A DNA stretch of 54,025 bases from Minisyncoccota bacterium (GCA_018063015.1 JAGORC010000002.1:1-54025), one strand, 5' to 3'; positions 9,550 to 19,426 are shown, counted from the stretch's first letter. The notes: generated by a model not told the origin, from the sequence alone. Translations and numbers: made by a program.

Positions 9550-10836
9550 ATGATTAATGATTTTTTTTATTTTCTAGGACAAGTACCTTTCGGTTTTTGG
9601 ATGTTTTGGATTACTGTCTTTCTTGGATTTGTCGCATGGAAAATGTGGGTACACTATATTCAACAAGATTTCATATCCGGTATTGATTTCGTGCTACTAG
9701 AAATAATTCCTCCAAGAGAAGTTGTCCGTTCGCCACAAGCCATGGAGCTTTTCTTATCCAATGCCCTTTATCATTGGAGCTTAAAAGGAGGAATAGAGGA
9801 ATACTGGCAAGGTGCAGTGTGGTTCTGGTTTTCACTCGAGATTGTTTCCATAGAAGGGCAGGTTCACTTCTATGTCCGCACACCTACACGTGTAAGAGAA
9901 CTCATAGAAACTCAAATGTATGCTCAGTATCCTCAAGCACAGATAAGAGAAGTTCCTGACTATACTCTAGCTGTTGACGAAATCAGCGAGAAGAGTAATT
10001 GGAGAATGTGGGGATGTGAATTCGGCTTTGTAAAAGAAGATCCTTATCCAATCAAGACTTACGTAGATTTCGGCTTAGATGAAGATCCTAAGGAAGAGTA
10101 TAAAGTTGATCCTATATCTCCGGTTATAGAATTTTTCGGTTCTCTTAAGAAAGGAGAACAGGCGTGGCTACAGATAGTAATCACTCCATCCAAGAAGACA
10201 TATAAACACCACGGCAAGAAGGTTGACTGGATAGAGCACGGACACCTTACGCTTGAAAAGGTTGCAGCACCATTCACCAAGTACAGTGAAAACAAGAAGG
10301 AAGGTGGTTGGTCTAAAGAAATGCGTATGCCTAAGTGGCTTGAAAATCAGGTTACAGGTATCAATGCTAAAATTTCTAAATTAGGTTTCGATACTGGGAT
10401 ACGAGTTTGCTACGTAGCTACCAAGGATGCATGGAATATGAACAACAGAAGAAATATCCGTCTTATCTTCCGTCAGTATGCGAATCCTTACATGAATCAA
10501 TTCTGGAGAATGAACTCAACTCAGGGAGACGCTTACGGCGGTATATTCTCTATAGGTTCTAAGAAAGTCACAAAGCTTGCTGATAGAATGCTTCATGAAT
10601 ATAGAGAAAGGAATTTCTTCCATCTCCCACTTAGACACAAAATATTCTGTGAACACAACATACCTTGGCCTATATCCCCAGCTATTTTTATGGCTTATAA
10701 GCACCCTCCTGTAATAGTGTTAAATCTAGAAGAGATAGCTACTATATGGCACTTTCCTGGACAAATACTCAAGGTTCCTACACTTGAACGTATTGAATCT
10801 AAAGAGGCTTCTCCTCCACCTAATCTTCCTTCATAA
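9550..10836 (+). CDS. membrane-anchored hypothetical protein (lineage-specific)
   Basis: 428-aa ORF with an N-terminal TM helix (FGFWMFWITVFLGFVAW). I recognised no family. Confidence 0.5.
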   Translation: MINDFFYFLGQVPFGFWMFWITVFLGFVAWKMWVHYIQQDFISGIDFVLLEIIPPREVVRSPQAMELFLSNALYHWSLKGGIEEYWQGAVWFWFSLEIVSIEGQVHFYVRTPTRVRELIETQMYAQYPQAQIREVPDYTLAVDEISEKSNWRMWGCEFGFVKEDPYPIKTYVDFGLDEDPKEEYKVDPISPVIEFFGSLKKGEQAWLQIVITPSKKTYKHHGKKVDWIEHGHLTLEKVAAPFTKYSENKKEGGWSKEMRMPKWLENQVTGINAKISKLGFDTGIRVCYVATKDAWNMNNRRNIRLIFRQYANPYMNQFWRMNSTQGDAYGGIFSIGSKKVTKLADRMLHEYRERNFFHLPLRHKIFCEHNIPWPISPAIFMAYKHPPVIVLNLEEIATIWHFPGQILKVPTLERIESKEASPPPNLPS

Positions 10837-10842
10837 AACTAT

Positions 10843-11784
10843 ATGGACAACATAGAGAACAATGATCCTTTATCTAACGAAAAGGTTTTAACCAATAAGT
10901 CTTCCTATTTCAAGAAAATAATTACATATTTATTCTTTTTCGTTTGCATCTTGATTGCTTCCTTGTTTTTCTTTTTAAGTCCGCCAGCTAATTTCCCTGA
11001 AGGGGAAATCTACAACATAGAAGAAGGTTCCAGCCTAAGGAAAGTTTCTCTTACTTTGCAAGAAGGGAAATTCATTCGTTCTAGAGTTATGTTTGAATCG
11101 TTCGTAATAATGTATGGTGGAGAAAAGCACATAATACCTGGAGATTATTTGTTCGACAGGAAATCCTCTGTGTTTGAGGTTGCCAGAAGAATATCTCTAG
11201 GTAAGAAAAATTTATCTTCCCTTAAGGTGACCATCCCTGAAGGATTTAGTAATTCTGAAATCAGAGATACATTTTCTTCTAAATTATCTAAATTTAATCC
11301 TCTACTATTTACCGAGAAGGCTAGGGATAAAGAAGGATACCTTTTCCCAGATACTTATTTTTTCTTAACTACAGACACAGAGGATCAAGTTATAAAAGTA
11401 ATGAATGATAACTTCAACAAGAAGATAGAAAAACTTTCTTCTAAAATAGATTCTTCCGGCAAGAGCAAGGAAGACATAATAACAATGGCGTCTATTGTAG
11501 AGAAGGAAGCAAAAGGGGATTCAGATAGAGAATATATAGCAGGCATACTCTGGAAGAGATTAAGTATCAATATGCCTCTACAAGTTGATGCAGCCCCGAT
11601 TACATACAAAGAAAGGGGATTACCAGAGAGTCCTATAGCTAACCCTGGGCTTGAGGCAGTAATAGCAACCCTAAACCCTAAGAGTTCACCGTATTTATAT
11701 TATCTACATGATACTGACGGCAACATACACTATGCAAAAAACTTTGAAGAACATAAATCAAACAAATCGAAATACTTAAAATAA
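10843..11784 (+). CDS. mltG: endolytic murein transglycosylase MltG (YceG-like)
   Basis: N-terminal TM, YceG signature EGYLFPDTYFF, and later SIVEKEA. Confidence 0.8.
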   Translation: MDNIENNDPLSNEKVLTNKSSYFKKIITYLFFFVCILIASLFFFLSPPANFPEGEIYNIEEGSSLRKVSLTLQEGKFIRSRVMFESFVIMYGGEKHIIPGDYLFDRKSSVFEVARRISLGKKNLSSLKVTIPEGFSNSEIRDTFSSKLSKFNPLLFTEKARDKEGYLFPDTYFFLTTDTEDQVIKVMNDNFNKKIEKLSSKIDSSGKSKEDIITMASIVEKEAKGDSDREYIAGILWKRLSINMPLQVDAAPITYKERGLPESPIANPGLEAVIATLNPKSSPYLYYLHDTDGNIHYAKNFEEHKSNKSKYLK

Positions 11785-12311
11785 TGAAAAAGAATAAATT
11801 AGTTTTTATAGATATAGAGACAACAGGATTAAATGTTATTAAACATGAAATTATTGAAATTGGTTGCGTAATCTCTACACCTGAGTTTGAATTTATAGAA
11901 GAATTTGAACTCAAAATAAAACCAGAACGGATAGAAGACGCTGATCCAACATCAATAAAAATAAATCACTACAAAGAAGAAGAATGGCAAGATGCGATTA
12001 GCTTACAAGAAGCAATGAAAATTCTAAGTGAAAAGACAAAAGGGTGCATTATGGTTGGCCAGAATGTTGCTTTCGATTCTTTATTTTTAGAATATAATTT
12101 TAGTAAATTAGGCATTATAAATGAGATGCATTACCACAAACTAGATACTATCTCTATTGCCTGGGCTAAATTACATAGAGAGCCTGACTTAACTCATTTT
12201 TCTCTACGAGAAATGTGCGTTAGATTCGGTATAAGTAACAAACATTCTCACACTGGATTATCTGATGCTCACGCCACTTACGAGCTTTACAAAAAGCTTA
12301 TGGCAATATAG
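11784..12311 (+). CDS. DEDDh 3'-5' exonuclease (DnaQ/epsilon-like)
   Basis: FIDIETTGL (ExoI), GQNVAFDSLFL (ExoII), HTGLSDAHAT (ExoIII). ATGA-type overlap with mltG. Confidence 0.7.
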   Translation: MKKNKLVFIDIETTGLNVIKHEIIEIGCVISTPEFEFIEEFELKIKPERIEDADPTSIKINHYKEEEWQDAISLQEAMKILSEKTKGCIMVGQNVAFDSLFLEYNFSKLGIINEMHYHKLDTISIAWAKLHREPDLTHFSLREMCVRFGISNKHSHTGLSDAHATYELYKKLMAI

Positions 12312-12321
12312 ATTCATTCTT

Positions 12322-13449
12322 ATGAAGAAGACAGTATTTGTAGGTATGTCGGGTGGGGTAGATAGCTCACTCTCTGCAGCTCTGCTTAAGAAGCAGGGTT
12401 TTGAAGTCGTGGGGGTTTTTATTAGAACATGGCATCCGGAATTTATAGAATGCAACGAAGAGGAAGAGAAGCGTGATGCTATGAGAGTAGCAGCTCACTT
12501 AGATATTCCATTTCTGACGTTTGACCTAGAGGATGTTTACAAGAAAGAAGTAGCAGATTATATGATAAGTGAATACAAGAAAGGAAGAACTCCTAATCCA
12601 GACGTAATGTGTAATAAATATGTTAAGTTCGGAGCTTTCCTCAAAAAAGCTATTTCTATGGGAGCTGATTATGTTGCTACAGGGCATTATTCCCAAGTCC
12701 GACAATCTTTTAAAAAAGAGTCTTTTGTGAATGGTGACGTTGGCTTGCCAGGATATTCTGAACAAAAGAGCTCTTTTTTTGAATTACTGAAGGGGAATGA
12801 TGCGAGTAAAGATCAAAGTTATTTTCTGTGGACATTAAATCAAGATCAGCTTTCTAAGATTTTATTTCCTGTGGGCAGTTTACAGAAGAGTGAAGTTAGG
12901 TCTCTTGCTCGTAAATTCAAGATACCTGTAGCAAATAAGAAAGATAGCCAGGGTATTTGTTTCTTAGGGCCTATAGATTTAAAAGAATTCTTAGCACATT
13001 ATATAAAAGAGAAAAAAGGTAATGTATTAAACGAAAAAGGCGAAGTGGTAGGGCATCACCTGGGAGCAACTTTTTTTACAATGGGGGAACGACATGGGTT
13101 CACTCTTACTAAAAAGTCTCCAAGTGATAAACCATTTTATGTAATTGCTAAAGATATAAAGAATAATACGATAACAGTTTCAGATACACCCAAGAAACTA
13201 CCCAACAAAGAATCTCTAAAGGTTTATGAAATAGAAAATGTGAATTGGATATCTGGAACCCCTAAAGAATCAAAAAAGTATTCTGCTCAAATTAGATATC
13301 ACGGAGAAAGCTTACCTTGTCGTGTATTTTATAATGAAAAAAGAAAAATATATTCCGTTAGCTTCGACAAACCTATCTTGGTGTCAGAAGGCCAGTCTAT
13401 AGTCATTTACGATAAAGACGTAACAATGGGTGGTGGCATAGTTAAGTAA
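12322..13449 (+). CDS. mnmA: tRNA 2-thiouridine(34) synthase
   Basis: VFVGMSGGVDSS PP-loop, PNPDVMCN, ATGHY, KDQSYFL. Start moved to the ATG at 12322. Confidence 0.9.
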   Translation: MKKTVFVGMSGGVDSSLSAALLKKQGFEVVGVFIRTWHPEFIECNEEEEKRDAMRVAAHLDIPFLTFDLEDVYKKEVADYMISEYKKGRTPNPDVMCNKYVKFGAFLKKAISMGADYVATGHYSQVRQSFKKESFVNGDVGLPGYSEQKSSFFELLKGNDASKDQSYFLWTLNQDQLSKILFPVGSLQKSEVRSLARKFKIPVANKKDSQGICFLGPIDLKEFLAHYIKEKKGNVLNEKGEVVGHHLGATFFTMGERHGFTLTKKSPSDKPFYVIAKDIKNNTITVSDTPKKLPNKESLKVYEIENVNWISGTPKESKKYSAQIRYHGESLPCRVFYNEKRKIYSVSFDKPILVSEGQSIVIYDKDVTMGGGIVK

Positions 13450-13469
13450 TATTTTGATATAATACAGAT

Positions 13470-13952
13470 ATGGAAAATTTATTTGATCAAGCAACACTCA
13501 ACGTAACACTTCGTTTGTTTGTGGCTTTAATATTGGGAATGGTTATAGGTATAGAGCGTGTTTGGGCTCATAAAACGGCAGGAATGCGTACCTACGCCCT
13601 TGTTTCTATGGGTTCTGCATTATTTGTAATCGTTTCTGAAATAATAGCAGCTAGGTATGTTGAATTTGGAGGATTTGATGCATCAAGAATTGCTTCACAG
13701 ATAATAGTTGGTATTGGATTCCTTGGTGCAGGTTCAATAATGCTTCAGGGGTCTCGCATAAGTGGCCTTACTACCGCTAGTGGATTTTGGGTTACAGCAG
13801 GTATTGGTATGACTGTAGGATTTGGACTTTTTGATATTGCATTCATTGCTACGATACTCGCTTTGTTTATATTTGTTGTGCTTTGGTTTATAGAAGATAA
13901 ATTAAGAAATACTAAATTCTTTCAGGACAAGGAACCAGAAGAAACTAATTAA
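13470..13952 (+). CDS. MgtC/SapB family membrane protein
   Basis: 160 aa, 4-5 TM helices, with GIERVWAHKTAGMRTY and GFLGAGSI blocks. Confidence 0.7.
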   Translation: MENLFDQATLNVTLRLFVALILGMVIGIERVWAHKTAGMRTYALVSMGSALFVIVSEIIAARYVEFGGFDASRIASQIIVGIGFLGAGSIMLQGSRISGLTTASGFWVTAGIGMTVGFGLFDIAFIATILALFIFVVLWFIEDKLRNTKFFQDKEPEETN

Positions 13953-13955
13953 CCT

Positions 13956-15569
13956 ATGACATCAGGAGAGGTAAGAGAAAAATTTTTGAAGTTTTTTGAA
14001 GAAAAGGGACACAAAATTGTAACCTCGTCTTCCTTAGTGCCTGTTGGAGATGATTCTGTTTTATTTACTACTGCAGGAATGCAACAATTCAAACCTTATT
14101 ACACAGGAGCAAAAGACGCTATGGCTGACTTCGGAGCACTAAACACAACTTCATCTCAGAAATGTGTTCGTACTGGTGACATAGACGAAGTTGGAGATGA
14201 CACTCACCTTACTTTTTTTGAGATGTTAGGAAATTTTTCTTTTGGTGGTTATTGGAAGAAAGAAGCGATTACTTATGCTCATGAATTTATTACCAAAGAG
14301 ATGGGTCTAACTATAGATTACGTATCTGTTTTTAAAGATGATGAAAGTGGAATTCCTGCTGACGAAGAATCAAGACAAATCTGGTTATCAATCGATCCTA
14401 GTCTAATAGTAAAAGATCATAAAAAAGAAGATAACTTCTGGGGTCCTACAGGGGAGGAAGGTCCATGTGGACCAACAACAGAAATATATATAAATGGAGT
14501 TGAAATTTGGAATATAGTTTTTAATGAGTATTACAAGAGTAACGATGGAAAATTTAACCCTCTTCCTACAAAAGGAATAGATACAGGTATGGGGCTTGAG
14601 AGACTGCTTGTGCAAGTTCAGAATAAAAATAATGTATATGAAACTGATTTATTTAATGGTGAAATTTCTAAAGAAGAAAGAATTGTAACAGACCACATAA
14701 AGGCGTCATTGTTTATGATTTCAGATGGAGTGTTACCATCAAATTCTAGTAGGGGGTATATATTACGAAGGCTTATTCGTAGAGCCGTTAGATTTTCTAA
14801 AGTTCCCCTAGAAAATATTATTTCCAAAATAAAGGGTACTTATGAAGGTTTCTACGATTTAAATGATAAAGGAGAAATAAAGAAAGAAGAAAACAAGTTT
14901 AAAGAAACACTAGAGAAAGGTATGAAAGAATTTGAAAAAGGAGTAGACCCTTTTATTCTGTTTACAACTTACGGTTTCCCTATTGAATTCACAGAAGAAT
15001 TAGCAAAAGAAAAGGGTATAAGCATAGATCTAAATGAATTCAATAAAAAAATGGAAGAGCACCAGAAGCTTTCTCAGACCTCATCTGCTGGAATGTTCAA
15101 AGGAGGATTGCAGAACCATGAGCCGAAGACCATTAAGCTTCATACAGCGCATCACTTACTTCTAGCTGGGCTTAAGGAGATTGTGGACAAGAATATAAAA
15201 CAAAGAGGCAGTAACATAAACGAAGAAAGATTGCGAATAGATTTTCTATGTGATCATAAATTAACAGACGAAGAGAAGAAGCTAGTTGAAGACTGGGTTA
15301 ATGACAAGATACAGAAAAGTTTAAATGTAGTAAGAAAAGAAATGCCTAAAGAAGAGGCAGAGAAGCTCGGGGCAGAGATGGAATTTGGAGCAAAGTATCC
15401 TGATATTGTGTCTGTCTATGTGATAGAAGGTAAGGACGGAAATCTAATTTCAAAGGAATTCTGCGGTGGACCACATGTGTCTAACACTTCTGAACTAGGA
15501 GTATTCAAAATCCAAAAGGAAGAAGCAGTAGCTTCTGGCATAAGACGTATTAAAGCTATACTTTCCTAG
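13956..15569 (+). CDS. alaS: alanine--tRNA ligase, shortened form (537 aa)
   Basis: FFEEKGH, TTAGMQQFKP, FFEMLGNFSFG, WGPTG..GPCGP, DTGMGLERL, then editing/SAD-type HTAHHLL and CGGPHV. No C-Ala domain. Confidence 0.85.
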   Translation: MTSGEVREKFLKFFEEKGHKIVTSSSLVPVGDDSVLFTTAGMQQFKPYYTGAKDAMADFGALNTTSSQKCVRTGDIDEVGDDTHLTFFEMLGNFSFGGYWKKEAITYAHEFITKEMGLTIDYVSVFKDDESGIPADEESRQIWLSIDPSLIVKDHKKEDNFWGPTGEEGPCGPTTEIYINGVEIWNIVFNEYYKSNDGKFNPLPTKGIDTGMGLERLLVQVQNKNNVYETDLFNGEISKEERIVTDHIKASLFMISDGVLPSNSSRGYILRRLIRRAVRFSKVPLENIISKIKGTYEGFYDLNDKGEIKKEENKFKETLEKGMKEFEKGVDPFILFTTYGFPIEFTEELAKEKGISIDLNEFNKKMEEHQKLSQTSSAGMFKGGLQNHEPKTIKLHTAHHLLLAGLKEIVDKNIKQRGSNINEERLRIDFLCDHKLTDEEKKLVEDWVNDKIQKSLNVVRKEMPKEEAEKLGAEMEFGAKYPDIVSVYVIEGKDGNLISKEFCGGPHVSNTSELGVFKIQKEEAVASGIRRIKAILS

Positions 15570-15593
15570 GTTATTTTGTGATATAATTTTCTT

Positions 15594-16769
15594 ATGGGAA
15601 TTTTTTCCAATTTCAAAAAAGAAGGTCAACTGGCTTTGGTTTTTGATGTTGGTTCTTCGTCTGTAGGAGGCGCACTGTTTAGGTTAGAAAAAGAAGGGTC
15701 TCCTAAGATAATCTATTCTTATAGAGAACCTATTGTTTTAGAAGAGAAGATAAGTTCTAGTCGTTTACTGTTTCTAACTATCAAGTCCCTTAAATCTGTT
15801 GCTTCCAATATTGCTTCTTCTGGAAAGGGTGCACCGCACAAGGTTTTCTGCGTGCTTTCGTCTCCTTGGTTTGCTTCTCAGACAAGAATAATTAAATTAG
15901 AGAAGAATACCCCTTTCGTGTTTACTACCAAGCTAGCAGATAGTCTCTTAGAAAAAGAAATGAATCTCTTTAAAGAAGAGCATCTAAAGAAATATGAAGG
16001 TACCGATGAGGAACTACGCCCAATTGAGTTTAAAAACATGAAGACAGTATTGAACGGTTACCCAACCCACTCTCCAATTAACCAGAAAGCTCACGAACTC
16101 GAAATGAGTGTATTTATATCCATGGCTTCATCCTTGATATTAGATAAGATAGAAGAAGTTGTGTTTAAGTATTTCCATGAAAGGGAAGTGAAGTTCTCTT
16201 CATTCATGATGACCTCGTTTGCTGTAGCTCGAGATGTATTTGTTAATCAGGATAATTTCTTGTTGGTAAATATTGGAGGAGAGATGACTGATATATCAAT
16301 GATAAAGAAAGATACTTTAAACGAATCAATCTCATTTCCACTAGGTAGAAACTTCATAATAAGGGGAGTAGCTGAAAAAATGGGAATACCTCTAGTTGAT
16401 GCTCAGGCATACTTGTCTTTATATAAAGATGAACATGCTGATCCTACAACCAAGGCTAAACTAGACCCTATTGTAGGCAAGCTAAAGAAAGAATGGGTAG
16501 ATAAGTTTCAGATTGCATTAGCAAATATATCGACCGATATTTCTATCCCTGCAACAATTTTCATAACAGTTGATAGTTATTTAACCGAGTTTTTCTCTGA
16601 AATAATAAAAACAGAACAGTTTAATCAGTACACTCTAACTGAATCTAAGTTCAGAGTAGTTTTCCTGGGAACTCAAGCTCTTCATGGGATAGCTATGTTT
16701 GAGAATGATGCTACTCGTGACCCATTTCTAATCATAGAATCTATTTACATTAATCGTTTTCTAAACTAA
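15594..16769 (+). CDS. actin-like ATPase fold protein (FtsA/PilM-like), function unknown
   Basis: LVFDVGSSSVGGALF (phosphate-1-like) and LLVNIGGEMTDIS (phosphate-2-like). Weak assignment. Confidence 0.4.
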   Translation: MGIFSNFKKEGQLALVFDVGSSSVGGALFRLEKEGSPKIIYSYREPIVLEEKISSSRLLFLTIKSLKSVASNIASSGKGAPHKVFCVLSSPWFASQTRIIKLEKNTPFVFTTKLADSLLEKEMNLFKEEHLKKYEGTDEELRPIEFKNMKTVLNGYPTHSPINQKAHELEMSVFISMASSLILDKIEEVVFKYFHEREVKFSSFMMTSFAVARDVFVNQDNFLLVNIGGEMTDISMIKKDTLNESISFPLGRNFIIRGVAEKMGIPLVDAQAYLSLYKDEHADPTTKAKLDPIVGKLKKEWVDKFQIALANISTDISIPATIFITVDSYLTEFFSEIIKTEQFNQYTLTESKFRVVFLGTQALHGIAMFENDATRDPFLIIESIYINRFLN

Positions 16770-16778
16770 AATATATTT

Positions 16779-18077
16779 ATGGTTAAGAACTTATTGCAAG
16801 ACATGGTAGTAAATAAATCCTCAAAGAGTGGAACTTACTCAAATCCACCAAAGAAAAAGATCTGGGAAGAAATGAGAGAAAGCAAAGAAGAAAAATACGA
16901 GGAAGAAGAGCCAGACTATAATTCTTACAGATACGACAATGAAGAAGGCAAACCAAAGTATAGACTCTGGGTTGTGGCGCTGTTCGCAGTAGTCATGCTT
17001 TTATTTGCATTATCTTTTCTTTTTGCTAAAGCAACCATAAACATAAATCCTAAAACTAAACCAATAGAACTAAGCGACACATTCTCTGCAATTAAAGAAA
17101 GTAATTCTGAAGGTCTAACATTTGACCTTATAGCTATTTCTGGAGAAGAATCTAGGTTAATTACAGGAACAGAGAGAAAGGATGGTAGTGAAAGAGCAAA
17201 GGGTACTGTTGTTATTTACAACTCCTTCAGCACCTCACCTCAAGCACTAGCGATAGATACAAGACTTGAGGGTTCTAATGGGAAGATATACAAAACAGAA
17301 ACTAAACTAACAGTTCCAGGTATGAAAAACGGCGTCCCGGGTTCAGTAGAAGTTAAGGTTTATGCAGCTGACCCAGGTGAAGAATATAATGCTTCTCCTT
17401 TAGACTTCAAAATATTTGGATTTAAGGGCACCCCTAAGTATGAGAAATTCTATGCGAGAAGTAAGGGTAACATGACAGGAGGGTTTACTGGGAGCTCCTT
17501 CACTATTCCTGAAGAAGAAAAATCTAAACATCTCCTAGAACTAAAGAATACATTACAAGACAAACTTATAGCTAAGGCACGAGAACAGATACCAAGCGGT
17601 TTTATCCTATTTAAGGATGCAGTATCTCTAAGTATCGACAGCGAATCAACAGACTTTGTCTCCAAGGATTCTAATATAGTCATAAGCATGAAGGGCACAC
17701 TTTATGGATTTCTTCTAGATGAAGCTAAATTAACAGATTCAATAGCTAAGGGTGAGATAGGGAACTATGATGGAGGACCAGCCCATATAACAAATATTAC
17801 TGATTTGAATTTCTCTATTCCTAATAAGAACACAATTTCATTTAAAGACGCAAAGAGTTTAGTTTTTAGAATTGAAGGCAAATCTAATATTGTTTGGGAT
17901 GTTGATAAGGAGAAATTACTGTCTCAGATTATTGGTAAAAAGAAGAAAGATTTCTATCAGGTATTAGCAGAGTATCCTAATATAGATGGGGCAGAGCTAG
18001 TTATTAAGCCAGTATGGAAGAATTCCTTCCCTGAAGAAGAAAACAAAATCACAATAACAGTAAACGAGCCTAAATAA
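16779..18077 (+). CDS. single-pass membrane hypothetical protein
   Basis: 432 aa with a charged N-terminus, then a TM helix (LWVVALFAVVMLLFALSFLFA). It lies 9 nt after the actin-like gene. Confidence 0.4.
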   Translation: MVKNLLQDMVVNKSSKSGTYSNPPKKKIWEEMRESKEEKYEEEEPDYNSYRYDNEEGKPKYRLWVVALFAVVMLLFALSFLFAKATININPKTKPIELSDTFSAIKESNSEGLTFDLIAISGEESRLITGTERKDGSERAKGTVVIYNSFSTSPQALAIDTRLEGSNGKIYKTETKLTVPGMKNGVPGSVEVKVYAADPGEEYNASPLDFKIFGFKGTPKYEKFYARSKGNMTGGFTGSSFTIPEEEKSKHLLELKNTLQDKLIAKAREQIPSGFILFKDAVSLSIDSESTDFVSKDSNIVISMKGTLYGFLLDEAKLTDSIAKGEIGNYDGGPAHITNITDLNFSIPNKNTISFKDAKSLVFRIEGKSNIVWDVDKEKLLSQIIGKKKKDFYQVLAEYPNIDGAELVIKPVWKNSFPEEENKITITVNEPK

Positions 18078-18089
18078 TACTTATTTTAT

Positions 18090-18118
18090 TTGACTAAATC
18101 TATTTATTTTGTTAGTAT
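18090..18118 (+). promoter_or_regulatory. candidate promoter TTGACT-17 nt-TAGTAT for the infA/ribosomal protein operon
   Basis: TTGACT at 18090-18095 and TAGTAT at 18113-18118. Confidence 0.3.
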
Positions 18119-18130
18119 TTGAATACAAAA

Positions 18131-18373
18131 ATGAGTGAACCTAAAAACGAAAAAGTTCTTACTGCAAGGGGAGTAGTTACAGAAGCTTTGCCTTCCACAT
18201 TGTTTAGAGTAAAGATTGAAGGAAAGCAAAAAGAAGAAGAAAATGATGAAGAAATTCTTGCGTATCTTTCCGGTAAGATGAGAATGAATAGAATAAAGGT
18301 ATTGGTCGGAGATTTGGTAGAAATTGTACTTGATCCATACGGTGGAAAAGGACGTATAGTTAAAAGGTTGTAA
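18131..18373 (+). CDS. infA: translation initiation factor IF-1
   Basis: GVVTEALPSTLFRV...LSGKMRMNRIKVLVGDLVEIVLDPY..KGRIVKR. Start moved to the ATG at 18131. Confidence 0.85.
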   Translation: MSEPKNEKVLTARGVVTEALPSTLFRVKIEGKQKEEENDEEILAYLSGKMRMNRIKVLVGDLVEIVLDPYGGKGRIVKRL

Positions 18374-18477
18374 TTTTTTTCAATATAGTGTATTATAGAT
18401 ATTACGTTTCGTAAAAACAAAAAAAGCATTGAAAAATAAGGATTATTCCTTGTTTTTGTTTTGCACTTAAGATATAT

Positions 18478-18588
18478 ATGAAAATAAAAGCATCAGTAAA
18501 GAAAATATGTGATAACTGCAAACTAGTTAGACGAGCTAGGCATTTAAGAGTTATCTGTTCTAACCCTAAACATAAGCAAAAACAATAA
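18478..18588 (+). CDS. rpmJ: 50S ribosomal protein L36 (absent from the ORF track because it is <60 aa)
   Basis: Hand translation gives [36 protein letters not shown]. It occupies the canonical position between infA and rpsM. Confidence 0.88.
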   Translation: MKIKASVKKICDNCKLVRRARHLRVICSNPKHKQKQ

Positions 18589-18589
18589 T

Positions 18590-18970
18590 ATGCGTATACT
18601 TGGAATAACAGTACCAAACGAAAAGAGATTAGAATTTTCATTGACATGTCTTTACGGCATAGGAGTTTCTTCTGCTAGAAAGATATTAGATCAGATAGGT
18701 ATTGCTCATGATAAAAAGGCGAAAGATTTAACAGACGCAGAAGAAAACAAAATCAGAGCAATAATCGAAGGTATAACCATAGAAGGAAACCTAAAAAGAG
18801 AAATCGGTGCAAATATAAAAAGATTAAAAGATATTAAAACCTATAGAGGAGTTCGTCATATGCGAAGACTTCCAGTAAGAGGACAGAGAACAAAGACAAA
18901 TTCTCGTACTGTTCGTGGAAACGTAAGAAAGACGATGGCATCCGGTAGAAGAAAGGAAAGTAAGACATAA
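18590..18970 (+). CDS. rpsM: 30S ribosomal protein S13
   Basis: MRILGITVPNEKR...YRGVRHMRRLPVRGQRTKTNSRT. Confidence 0.95.
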   Translation: MRILGITVPNEKRLEFSLTCLYGIGVSSARKILDQIGIAHDKKAKDLTDAEENKIRAIIEGITIEGNLKREIGANIKRLKDIKTYRGVRHMRRLPVRGQRTKTNSRTVRGNVRKTMASGRRKESKT

Positions 18971-18979
18971 AATAATTAT

Positions 18980-19426
18980 ATGGGTAAAGTAAAAATAACA
19001 AACAAAGAAGAAGCCTCAAAAGAAGAAATTCTTAAAGAAGAAGGAGAGGCAAAGACAGTTGCCAAATCTTCTAAGAAGAAGATAACTTCAGGTATTTTAT
19101 TTATTGACGCAACATTTAATAACACAAAGGTTTTATTTGCTGACAAGATTGGTAACACATTATTCTGGTCAAGTTCTGGAAGTTTAGGTTTCAAGGGAGC
19201 TAAGAAAGGAACACCATTCGCAGCTTCTAAGGTTGGAGACATCATAGGTACCAAGGCAAGTGCATTAGGAGTTAAAGATGCAGATGTCGTAGTACGTGGG
19301 GTTGGTTCAGGACGTGAGCCAGCAATTCGTGCTTTCATGGCTTATGGTATTGAAATCACAGGAATAAAAGATGCTACACCTGTACCACACAATGGTCCTA
19401 AACCTAAGAAACCAAGAAGAGTTTAA
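18980..19426 (+). CDS. rpsK: 30S ribosomal protein S11
   Basis: GILFIDATFNNT...GFKGAKKGTPFAA...VRGVGSGRE...ITDATPVPHNG, with a Lys/Glu-rich N-terminal extension. Confidence 0.95.
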   Translation: MGKVKITNKEEASKEEILKEEGEAKTVAKSSKKKITSGILFIDATFNNTKVLFADKIGNTLFWSSSGSLGFKGAKKGTPFAASKVGDIIGTKASALGVKDADVVVRGVGSGREPAIRAFMAYGIEITGIKDATPVPHNGPKPKKPRRV

